A model generated the notes under the pieces. It saw only the letters and a program-made list of their open reading frames with translations, was not told the origin of the DNA and did no database searches. Positions 17,046-27,330 of a DNA stretch of 64,000 nucleotides are shown in pieces. Numbering within the stretch: the first letter of the stretch is position 1; each line of letters begins with the position of its first letter. The DNA lies in NCBI GenBank assembly GCA_019752125.1, contig JAIEMM010000010.1, positions 6,558 through 70,557 of the forward strand, written 5' to 3'. Source of the DNA: Patescibacteria group bacterium (GTDB lineage Bacteria > Patescibacteriota > Minisyncoccia > Phycocordibacterales > SBAW01). Position numbers and translations under genes: made by a program.

Positions 17046-18719
17046 CTAGGACGAGATGTCCGTCGTTTCAATCGCAACGCCACGAACATCCTGGAAACGG
17101 CGGCGGAACGCTGCTACCGCTTCAAACAATTCTTGGTTTTTAAGGAGCGCAAGCACCCCCGCAGTTACCAAAAGACCAAGAATACCCGCGCACGCTCCCT
17201 GCACTATCAAAAGTCCAGTCGTGTTGATAGTGCCCGCAATACCTGTCTCTGCAAGAAATAGGTACGACACACCACCTCCAATAACCGATGCAGAGAAACT
17301 TTGAAATATAAGACGTGATACGCGCATCTGAGGAATTTTAAAGTCGCGCATAAACACAATGAGTCCTATGAGGAACTCCGCCACGGAGCCTACGCAGTAG
17401 CCGAAAGCCAACACCAGCACGAGCGTACCTGGCACATCACCTACACGGAGCAAAGACTCCACAAAGTGACGAACAAACTCATTGTGCTGAAATACCCACA
17501 TACAACCCACTGCGGACAGAACTGAGACGAGGATGTCACTGAGACCAAAATAAAGAGGCTTTTTGCTATTACCTGCCGCATAGTATGCACGTGCAATAAG
17601 CATGGTTACCGACTGCGCTGCAAGTGAAATAATAAATAACGCGAGGGCTGCGGCAGTAAGACGTGTCGCACTCCAGTCAAACGCACCGGCTCCCAAAATA
17701 ACACGTACCAGCTGCGCGCGCAGGACAATGAAGAAGACTGTTGCAGGAATACACCAGAAGAAAATATGGCGCAGCGCAGTCTCTACATATTTAATAAACT
17801 CACCATGGTCTCCTGTCGCATGCAGCCGTGCTAATGTCGGGAACGCGGCGACAGAATACGAAACGCCAATAATAGTTAGAGGCACTGCCTGCAGATTGTA
17901 CGCAAACATAAAAACGGAGATGGAGCCCGCAGAGAAGAACGACGCAAGTGCTACTAAAATAAGAAGCGAGATCTGTGTTGCCGCTAATGCTAGCGTTCGA
18001 GGAACAGAGAGGGAGAGGACGGTCAGTATTTCACGCATAGCTGTCTTAAATGGCAATCTGTGGGACACTTTCTCCATACTGAAGAATGGGATCTGGAGCG
18101 CACAATGCATTGCTGCACCCAGCACAACACCCCAGCCGAGCCCCGCGAGCCCCATACGTGGGTAGAGCGCAATCACGCCAAAGATAATGCCGAAGTTGTA
18201 GAGCAGTGGAGAAATAGAGTAGAGAAAGAATCTGTGTCGCAGCTGTGTAAGACTTCCTAGAATATTTGATGCACCAAGAAGAATTGGCTGCAACAATAAA
18301 ATACGCACAAGCACTATGAGTTGCGGGTCTTGAATACCAGGAACAACGAGCGGAACAAGCCACGGCGTAAGTAGAAACACAACAAGTGACACCGCGCCCA
18401 TACCTACGAAGAACAGGAGCAGACATTGCTCTAAGAACGAGATCATATACCCCTCCCTTTCGCGCTCCAGTCGCGTCAGCACTGGCAACAGCGCATATAG
18501 TGAAAGTAGTGAGGCGATTGTGGCGAAGAGAAAATCTGGAATGCGGAACGCTGCGTAGTAGAGGTCGAGTGTGTGTGACGCGCCAAAGTCAGCAGCAAGC
18601 AAGCGGTCGCGCACGAGCGCCAGCAGTTGGGAGCAAAGCGCGAAGAAAGCAAGAAGATACGCGGCTTCATGCATGCCGCGTATTTCCTTTCCAAACATCG
18701 TCAGTAGGGACCGTACCAT
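17046..18719 (-). CDS. murJ: lipid II flippase MurJ (MviN)
   Basis: 14-TM protein whose N-terminus LLAFFALCSQLLALVRDRLLAADFGASHTLDLYYAAFRIPDFLF is typical of MurJ. Confidence 0.8.
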   Translation of the reverse strand: MVRSLLTMFGKEIRGMHEAAYLLAFFALCSQLLALVRDRLLAADFGASHTLDLYYAAFRIPDFLFATIASLLSLYALLPVLTRLEREREGYMISFLEQCLLLFFVGMGAVSLVVFLLTPWLVPLVVPGIQDPQLIVLVRILLLQPILLGASNILGSLTQLRHRFFLYSISPLLYNFGIIFGVIALYPRMGLAGLGWGVVLGAAMHCALQIPFFSMEKVSHRLPFKTAMREILTVLSLSVPRTLALAATQISLLILVALASFFSAGSISVFMFAYNLQAVPLTIIGVSYSVAAFPTLARLHATGDHGEFIKYVETALRHIFFWCIPATVFFIVLRAQLVRVILGAGAFDWSATRLTAAALALFIISLAAQSVTMLIARAYYAAGNSKKPLYFGLSDILVSVLSAVGCMWVFQHNEFVRHFVESLLRVGDVPGTLVLVLAFGYCVGSVAEFLIGLIVFMRDFKIPQMRVSRLIFQSFSASVIGGGVSYLFLAETGIAGTINTTGLLIVQGACAGILGLLVTAGVLALLKNQELFEAVAAFRRRFQDVRGVAIETTDISS

Positions 18720-18728
18720 GAAGCTATC

Positions 18729-21038
18729 TTACTGTGAAATCGGTGCTGTTTCTCTATTTTGAGGTTTTGAGGTCACTGGAGGTTTTGCCCCATCAAATGG
18801 AGCTTTCCCCGCTTCCAAGTTAGTCAAGACAAGTTTAACCTCCGCATTGTCCGGGTTTGTAGCAGAGAGGTCCTTAAACTGCTGTATTGCCTCAGGTGTT
18901 TTCTTGAGCGCAGCATACGTAAGACCGAGGAAGTATTTTGCATTTGCGTAGTCTGCCTGCAACGATACCGCTTTCTCAAGTGCAATTACTGCATTTTGCA
19001 TGTCGTTGTTCGAGTAGTACAAGAGGCCAAGTTCAAACCATATAGAGGCAACTCCGGGGGCACTGTTTACAGCAGCTTTTGCAGCAATAATTGCATTTGG
19101 GATGTCTTTTTCTGCCACATACATCTGGACTGCAAACAATATTGCGTCGGTGTAATCCTGTTTAAGTGTGAGCGCCTGTTTAAGAGCATCGGTTGTTGCC
19201 CCGGTCTTCTTTTGGCCATATTCAAGACGAGCAACTGCCAGTGGAATTTCTGGATTCAGAGGATTGTGTGTCTGGGCAGACGTATAGAATTGCTTTGCTT
19301 GAGCGTATGCCCCCTCTACCCCAACACTTGCGAGTAAGTCATAGATTTTTGCAAGAACGAAGTGTGCACGGAAGTCACGCGGGTTCATCTGCACCGCCTG
19401 CTGAGCAAGCGCGATAGTAGTTTGTGCAAGTGTGGTGAACTGTTGCTGCACTTCTGCACTTGGCGTCGGGTTTGACTGTGCTAACTGCTGCATCGCCACA
19501 AAACCTGCCTGAGCGGCAAACTGTAGAGAGTCCCCTGTTTTCTCAATCGCAAGAGCAGCGTTCGCTTTATTGAGAGCCCCTTGAACATCGCTATTCCCCA
19601 GTGCGATGGCTCCCTGGTTTATATTCTTTTCTGTTATAAAGCGGCGAGCAACGGCTGCACCAGCAATCGCAAGCACCAGCAATACAAGGATGAGTGCCCC
19701 GAGCGCCACGCGCTGCATCAACACAGACACTGTAGAATTTTCTGGTTGTGCGTCGCTCTTCATCGACAGCGCGAATGACGCGCCTGACAAAACGAAGGCA
19801 AGAAGAAGAATATTCTGGTTCGGAGTATATACGAACGCCGCTATCCAAAGGTAGACACTGGAACATGCGCACATAAGTATTGCCGTTTGTTCATACCAAT
19901 TGAAGGACTCGCGACGACGTATAACTTGTATAAGCCCAAGAAGGACAAGGACGAGCGGTAGACACCACGCGAGCATACCTACAACACCAACTGTTCCCAG
20001 AGTAGTTGTAAACGTGCTATACCCCGCACTGAAACTAAGATTCCAGTATTGTGATTGATTGATAGCTTCTGGTTTGTACAAAGGCCACTCATTGCTGAAG
20101 GTGCCTGGCCCGCTACCCACCAAGAATTCTTTTACAGATGTTCCATGCGACAAGCGGACGACATCGAGTGTCGTGCTAAATGAAGGTCGTATTTCGAATG
20201 ATGAAACTGGGAACACCTTTACCAACCCTGATTGTATGCCAGCTCCCCACACCAAGAAGAAAACACAGACGACTCCTGCAATAATGGAGACCTTTGGCAA
20301 TTTCTTAGTTGTTACAAAAGACCATGTGCCAACAAGCAGCATCATTCCAAGCAAGAGTGCCCAAATAACTGAATACTGCACCACTGCTAAAAACAAAGTC
20401 ACGACGAGTGCGAGGCACAGCAGGCCTATGCGACGACCCATAGACAAAGGTACGCACTCAATGACTATGAGAAGGACAAGAAGGCATATGCCGGCTAACA
20501 ACCCGAGGTCATTCCACTTACCAACCAAGTTTACGGAAGGATCAGAGAATATTGCTGGCAGGATTTTTGCCCCAAAAAATATACTGATGAACTGGAATAG
20601 GATTGCAAAACATGCCGCCAACGAAACACTTGCAAGCAATAGGCGCACTGAACCAAGTCTGCGGAACAGGAAAAAAGATATAAGAAATGTACATGCGGCA
20701 ATGACTGTAAAACAGATAGTATCTGTTTCAATGGAGTATCCAAGCAAGCCAACAGAACGGTCAGAGGACACGGCATAGGAGAGTATGTAAGCAAAAGGTA
20801 GAAGCGCGATGAGCCACGCTGCACGATACCCTTTCTTTCCAACCACGCCACCCAGACCCCCGCCAAGCACAAATAAAATGCCCGCAACGAGGATACAAAA
20901 CGCTGCGACTGTTAATTTGCCTAGCTGCAGAGGAAACCACGGTGTCGGAATAATACTAACGAGAGCGAGAACGACGCCTGCCATATAGACGTAGCGTGCC
21001 CACACAAGGAGGGGCAACTTTTGCAAATACATTTTCAT
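18729..21038 (-). CDS. O-antigen ligase/polymerase (Wzy_C)-like membrane protein with C-terminal TPR repeats
   Basis: More than 10 TM helices in the N-terminal 450 aa; the C-terminal 300 aa carry TPR-like repeats (AKIYDLLA, LGLLYYSNNDMQNA, FLGLTYAALKKTPEAIQQF). Confidence 0.6.
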   Translation of the reverse strand: MKMYLQKLPLLVWARYVYMAGVVLALVSIIPTPWFPLQLGKLTVAAFCILVAGILFVLGGGLGGVVGKKGYRAAWLIALLPFAYILSYAVSSDRSVGLLGYSIETDTICFTVIAACTFLISFFLFRRLGSVRLLLASVSLAACFAILFQFISIFFGAKILPAIFSDPSVNLVGKWNDLGLLAGICLLVLLIVIECVPLSMGRRIGLLCLALVVTLFLAVVQYSVIWALLLGMMLLVGTWSFVTTKKLPKVSIIAGVVCVFFLVWGAGIQSGLVKVFPVSSFEIRPSFSTTLDVVRLSHGTSVKEFLVGSGPGTFSNEWPLYKPEAINQSQYWNLSFSAGYSTFTTTLGTVGVVGMLAWCLPLVLVLLGLIQVIRRRESFNWYEQTAILMCACSSVYLWIAAFVYTPNQNILLLAFVLSGASFALSMKSDAQPENSTVSVLMQRVALGALILVLLVLAIAGAAVARRFITEKNINQGAIALGNSDVQGALNKANAALAIEKTGDSLQFAAQAGFVAMQQLAQSNPTPSAEVQQQFTTLAQTTIALAQQAVQMNPRDFRAHFVLAKIYDLLASVGVEGAYAQAKQFYTSAQTHNPLNPEIPLAVARLEYGQKKTGATTDALKQALTLKQDYTDAILFAVQMYVAEKDIPNAIIAAKAAVNSAPGVASIWFELGLLYYSNNDMQNAVIALEKAVSLQADYANAKYFLGLTYAALKKTPEAIQQFKDLSATNPDNAEVKLVLTNLEAGKAPFDGAKPPVTSKPQNRETAPISQ

Positions 21039-21059
21039 ACGAACAGTATAGCGCGCAAA

Positions 21060-21482
21060 CGCCCCGCGTTAAGCGGGGCGTCCACATCTCTGCGCGCGCG
21101 TATGTAAGCCGAATTCTGTATTCCACCAACTGGCGGAAGAATGTAATTTATCTGGGCCCCTCCTCACGGAGGGGCTCGAGCGGCTCCCAATCCCAACTAA
21201 TGCTGGGAAGTACGGCCTTGCACCCGGACAGGAATTTAGCCGTTTCAGCCGGACTTAACCGGGTCGTTTCTGTTCGCATCCCTTTCGCCCGCAAAAAGCG
21301 AATGACAGGAATTACCCACGCAAAGCAAAGTCGCCTTTGCCGCGTGGCCTCGAGATAAAATCGAAGATTTTATTTTTCGAGGCTGCTGTCTTTTGTATCT
21401 CAATGAGATATGGTGTTCGGACTTTCCTCCCCGAGATAAAATCAGAGATTTTATCTCGGGGCTACATTCCAACGCGCTGGCA
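21060..21482 (-). ncRNA. rnpB: RNase P RNA
   Basis: Minus strand reads P3 hairpin, GGGAGGAAAGUCCGAACACC (P4 5' strand), ...ACAGAAUUCGGCUUACAU (P4 3' strand), P1 closure GCGCG/CGCGC, then terminator hairpin GACGCCCCGCUUAACGCGGGGCGUUUG. Confidence 0.85.
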
Positions 21483-21956
21483 CTATTGTACCACAATTTT
21501 TTGCCCTATGGCAATACCTTCAGCCTCCACATACCCCGCAGGGACTTCCAGCACATATCTCACCGAGGCGTCTGAAGGGAATATCTGCGGAGGCTGATGC
21601 TGTGAATAACTTTCAGGAGAAGCGTTTCTGACTATCTTTACGATCGAACCCTTGTCGTCGGCAAAAATCATATCAATAGAGAAATACATATCTTTCATCC
21701 AGAACCAGACCTTGCGTGCCGGATCAAAAATGAACAGCATGCCACGGCCTGTCGCAAGAGATGTGCGGTCAGACAAACCTTGCTGGCGCTGCGCGTCGTT
21801 TGAGGCAATCTCAACTTGAATACTTTTTTCACCAATCGTAATAATTTTCATAGGTAGTCCTGGGTTAGGTTGCAGCTGTGTAGTATGAGCATTGTATAGA
21901 TACACGCACACACCAAGAGAAAACACTATGATGAGAGCCGCGACTATATATTTCAT
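21483..21956 (-). CDS. DUF192 family protein
   Basis: GRGMLFIFDPARKVWFWMKDMYFSIDMIFADDKGSIVKI matches the DUF192 (COG1430) core; N-terminal signal/TM. Confidence 0.65.
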   Translation of the reverse strand: MKYIVAALIIVFSLGVCVYLYNAHTTQLQPNPGLPMKIITIGEKSIQVEIASNDAQRQQGLSDRTSLATGRGMLFIFDPARKVWFWMKDMYFSIDMIFADDKGSIVKIVRNASPESYSQHQPPQIFPSDASVRYVLEVPAGYVEAEGIAIGQKIVVQ

Positions 21957-22963
21957 AAAGTAAGTGTAGCCCAGTCCTTTATAATTGGGTCAATAAAACG
22001 CCACTGCTCACGAATTTCATCCATAGATGGGAACAAGTCTTGATTGCCGCGCATTGCGGCAGAAATAAGCATCTCATATTCCGGTATTTTGTTTGGAGTC
22101 TCAGATACTTTTATTTCACTTCCATCCTTCAATGACACAACTACTTCTTTGGAAGAATGCAGCATAGCCTTTCCTCCTTCAAGTGTCAAAAAAGGAGTAA
22201 TGATTTTGAAATACGTTTCTGTGTGAGAATGTGCAGCGACGCCTGGAATATCTGTATAGCCTTCATATTGAGAGCGGATGTTTTCTGAAGGTGTTGGTGG
22301 CGGTAATTTCCCCAAAATATGTGCGACTATCTGCAGCGCGTGGTTCTGTCCCACATCTCGGAGTGCCCCAAGCTGGTCGTATGACACTCCTCTTTTTTCA
22401 ACTCCAAGCGTTTCAAAAAGTCGAACATGGATATGAGAAATATGTTCTCGCGCGACCGGAAGATTCTTCAACCCTCTCACCCAATCTTTTGCGAGATAAT
22501 GGTCGACAAAAAATATATTGTGCTCGGGCACGATCGTCAGCAGCTGCGAGTACAATTCTTCAGCAACAGCTCCGCTTGTGCCAAATGGCTTTTCTATCAG
22601 TACTTTGCTGTCGACAGGCAGACGGGCACGACTCATGTTTTCAAACACTATTTTATACAATACAGGAGAGAGTGCTAGATATATAAGCAAATCGCCATCC
22701 GACGATTGCATCAACTTGGAAAAAATTGCGGCGTCTTCCGCGTCTCCCTGTAAAAAAATACATCGAGATAAAAAAGATTCTTCCGCATGCGGAAGCACTT
22801 CCTTTATATATGCACGTAGTTGAGCGTCATCCCACGCTTTGCGCGAGATACCAATAATCCTCATATCACTCGGCAATTCTCCCCTGTTATAGAGACCGTG
22901 GAGTGCCGGTAGAATCTTAAGCCGCATTAAATCTCCTGTTATCCCAAATGCGGCGAAGGTCAT
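21953..22963 (-). CDS. glucose-6-phosphate dehydrogenase family protein (shortened C-terminal domain)
   Basis: Rossmann N-terminus AAFGITGDLMRLKILPAL, IEKPFG, DHYLAKD (RIDHYLGKE-like), SQYEGY; 336 aa against about 490 for canonical Zwf. Confidence 0.65.
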   Translation of the reverse strand: MTFAAFGITGDLMRLKILPALHGLYNRGELPSDMRIIGISRKAWDDAQLRAYIKEVLPHAEESFLSRCIFLQGDAEDAAIFSKLMQSSDGDLLIYLALSPVLYKIVFENMSRARLPVDSKVLIEKPFGTSGAVAEELYSQLLTIVPEHNIFFVDHYLAKDWVRGLKNLPVAREHISHIHVRLFETLGVEKRGVSYDQLGALRDVGQNHALQIVAHILGKLPPPTPSENIRSQYEGYTDIPGVAAHSHTETYFKIITPFLTLEGGKAMLHSSKEVVVSLKDGSEIKVSETPNKIPEYEMLISAAMRGNQDLFPSMDEIREQWRFIDPIIKDWATLTL

Positions 22964-22998
22964 ACGGATAGTCTACACGTATTTATCCCGTCTTTTAT

Positions 22999-23370
22999 TT
23001 ATCGCCCAAAGAATACGTTGTACGCAATTATATACACCACCATATAGGTAACAACGAAGGTTGCGCAGAATAAAAGGGTCTTTATAAGAAAATGAGAATT
23101 CTTGAATTTCCGTCTAAGAAGCGCGGTTGCCGTCAGAATCGCAACGATCAATGGAAGAAAATTCTTTGCAAATACTATTACAACACTCCCCGGGTCCGCA
23201 GTGAAACTCACGCCCGTGGCAATTGCTATAATGATCGCAAATGCAACCGCAGCGCCTATCCAGCACAGAAAACCATACAGGAAAGAATAGCCAGTCAATT
23301 GAACTGCTTTAAAAGATTTCTTAGCAATTTCAGTTTTTAGACCACTTGCTGGCTCACTCCCTTTGTCCAT
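22999..23370 (-). CDS. membrane protein (hypothetical)
   Basis: Three predicted TM helices; start trimmed to MDKGSEP because the longer ORF runs into tRNA-Ser. Confidence 0.4.
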   Translation of the reverse strand: MDKGSEPASGLKTEIAKKSFKAVQLTGYSFLYGFLCWIGAAVAFAIIIAIATGVSFTADPGSVVIVFAKNFLPLIVAILTATALLRRKFKNSHFLIKTLLFCATFVVTYMVVYIIAYNVFFGR

Positions 23371-23398
23371 AAGAAAAACTATATCATGTGTAACGGTG

Positions 23399-23483
23399 CG
23401 GAGGCGGAGAGATTCGAACTCTCGGTGGGTTGCCCCACACACGCTTTCCAAGCGTGCGCACTAGACCGCTATGCGACGCCTCC
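23399..23483 (-). tRNA. tRNA-Ser (anticodon GGA), long variable arm
   Basis: Reverse complement GGAGGCGTCGCATAGCGGTCTAGTGCGCACGCTTGGAAAGCGTGTGTGGGGCAACCCACCGAGAGTTCGAATCTCTCCGCCTCCG with anticodon loop TTGGAAA. Confidence 0.9.
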
Positions 23484-23546
23484 GTGCTCGAAGAATATAA
23501 CACAAAGAAAAATGGCGGCCTACATGAGGTCGCCGATGAGGTTGGG

Positions 23547-23744
23547 CTAGTTGTCGTTGCAAGGAAGGAAGGTCTTCGTCTTCGGGCTTTTCCAACGCTC
23601 AATACGCTGAGCTCGGATCGCCTTAACTTCTTCCTCGATTTTTTCCTTCCCAGTGGCGCCCACAAACCGCGGAGCAAGCGCTCTTCGTGCCCTAATAAGA
23701 AACGCTTGTTCTTGTGCCCTGATAGAAGCTTGTTTTTCGTCCAT
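23547..23744 (-). CDS. small basic protein (hypothetical)
   Basis: 65 aa, MDEKQASIRAQEQAFLIRARRAL..., strong AAGGAGAT RBS 7 nt upstream of the ATG at 23744. Confidence 0.45.
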   Translation of the reverse strand: MDEKQASIRAQEQAFLIRARRALAPRFVGATGKEKIEEEVKAIRAQRIERWKSPKTKTFLPCNDN

Positions 23745-23870
23745 TACGAATATCTCCTTGTCCTTGTCTACAGTTATATACGCTACAAACATGTAGAAGG
23801 TTTCAGAAAAAGTTTGAGGCGGCTCCTTTTTGAGAAGCCGCCCCTTGTTAAACAAACTGTTGTACTTCTG

Positions 23871-24110
23871 CTACCCGCGCCAGCGACGGCTGCCCTTGCT
23901 GATGGGCTCCCTGAGGCAGGAGCTCTGCGACGGCATGGTGGTCCCGAAGACCGCCCTGTGCGCACTGGCTGCCGGCGCCACCGCAGACGATCTCTTGATG
24001 TCCGCTACATGGACCACCTTCAGGCGGCCGTACGCGATCTTATTGGCCGCACTGGCCAGCAGCATATCGCTGTTGCTTCCATCCGAGGTCTTGAGAGACA
24101 ACGTCGTCAT
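23871..24110 (-). CDS. small hypothetical protein in a 62% GC patch
   Basis: 79 aa with AGGGGAG RBS 4 nt upstream; local GC far above the flanks; hairpin terminator ggcggctcctttttgagaagccgcc at 23822-23848. Confidence 0.4.
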   Translation of the reverse strand: MTTLSLKTSDGSNSDMLLASAANKIAYGRLKVVHVADIKRSSAVAPAASAHRAVFGTTMPSQSSCLREPISKGSRRWRG

Positions 24111-24292
24111 GAGCTAACTCCCCTATCAAAGTCCTTCATGCGCCATGCATGATTGAATATATTTTATACCACAAATTTGTATATGTCAAGTATGGGTAAA
24201 AAATCTATTGTGGCTGGATTTTAAAGGTATATAGTTATTCGCAGTACGCGTACCTTTTATACGAGCGTGATTCCTTCTACTCAATGAAGTGA

Positions 24293-24865
24293 ATGGGGAT
24301 CAAAATGGAAACTCAGAGGCCTGGAAAAATCGCCCTCGTAGACAACGCATGGCTTAGTGCCGCCGTACAGGGAATGGGCATCGGTAGAATATCTGCAGCT
24401 GGACTATATGGGATTCTCAAACACAAGGTCGGTCACGAAAGAAATTTTTACCAACGGCCAGTGATTACTCTGCATCCCTGCCTGGATGTACCAGGAAACC
24501 CGATCACAGAAAAGTTCAAGAAGACTGGTTTTCATGTAATCCACGCCGACAGCACGAACGAAGAAGACGACATGGCTCTGGTTGACGCTTTAAAAAGCGC
24601 TGACCCAAACTCGATTTCAGAGATTGCCATTGTAGGTGGCGACCACCGCTACGTTCGCCCTGCACTCAGAAAAGTACAGGAGATCGAGGCCATACACGGA
24701 AGAAGAACTGAGAACCGAGTGTGGTGGCTCACTACCGAATTTTACGGCTCCAGAGGTACGAGTTGTATTGGTAAGGAACTCCGCTCGTATTTCGAACGGG
24801 CAAGGTTTGGTCTTGTAGAACTCGCCGATTTCAAAAGACAGCTCGAATTCCGACCTGACGGTTAA
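24293..24865 (+). CDS. NYN/LabA-like PIN-fold domain protein
   Basis: KIALVDNAWLS...IAIVGGDHRYVRPALRKVQE fits the NYN (PF01936) pattern; the true start may be MET at 24305. Confidence 0.5.
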   Translation: MGIKMETQRPGKIALVDNAWLSAAVQGMGIGRISAAGLYGILKHKVGHERNFYQRPVITLHPCLDVPGNPITEKFKKTGFHVIHADSTNEEDDMALVDALKSADPNSISEIAIVGGDHRYVRPALRKVQEIEAIHGRRTENRVWWLTTEFYGSRGTSCIGKELRSYFERARFGLVELADFKRQLEFRPDG

Positions 24866-24928
24866 ATCAGGGTGAATACGAAAAAGCGCGGAGTCTATCT
24901 CCGCGCCCTTTCTTTATCTCCGGAGGTT

Positions 24929-26961
<2,033 letters not shown>

Positions 26962-27004
26962 CTAGCTTATAAATAAGGCCTTCTGGAGCCTCCAAAATCG
27001 CATT

Positions 27005-27032
27005 AAATATAGAAGATACGCGTCTTTGGTCA
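27005..27032 (-). promoter_or_regulatory. sigma70-like promoter for groES-groEL (TTGACC-16-TATATT)
   Basis: Minus strand ttgaccaaagacgcgtatcttctatattt about 45 nt upstream of groES; no CIRCE inverted repeat seen. Confidence 0.5.
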
Positions 27033-27072
27033 AGATTGCGCCCTATGTATGGCTATGTTAGGCTAATTCTTA

Positions 27073-27303
27073 ATGACGCTCGCAGGGATTCTTCCCTACA
27101 TCCAAATAGTGCTTTCAGTCGCGCTTATTGTGTGCATCCTGCTCCAGCAAACTGGGGCATCTCTTGGTGGTGCATTTGGCGGAGACAACTTTAGCGCCGC
27201 ATACCATACACGCCGCGGCATGGAGAAGTACCTCTTTTGGGCGACTACCGTCATCGGCGTCTTGTTTGCCGCATCGGCACTCATCGCTCTTGTCATTCAC
27301 TAA
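27073..27303 (+). CDS. secG: preprotein translocase subunit SecG
   Basis: 76 aa, two TM helices flanking the Gly-rich LLQQTGASLGGAFGGDNF loop. Confidence 0.75.
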   Translation: MTLAGILPYIQIVLSVALIVCILLQQTGASLGGAFGGDNFSAAYHTRRGMEKYLFWATTVIGVLFAASALIALVIH

Positions 27304-27330
27304 CTTCCCCGCTTAGCGGGGTAAACTTAT

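Noticed and set aside
20996-21597. ORFs 20996..21358(+), 21245..21496(-), 21337..21597(+), 21393..21575(+)
   Set aside because: They tile the RNase P RNA gene (P4 strands, P3 hairpin, terminator identified), and their translations are low-complexity with no RBS.
23430-24152. 240-aa plus-strand ORF spanning tRNA-Ser(GGA) and two minus-strand genes
   Set aside because: It starts inside a tRNA, has no RBS, is Arg/Leu/Pro-rich like a GC-skewed random frame, and the opposite-strand ORFs have strong RBSs.
26962-27070. CIRCE/HrcA operator upstream of groES
   Set aside because: No TTAGCACTC-N9-GAGTGCTAA-like inverted repeat is present; only a sigma70-like -35/-10 was found.
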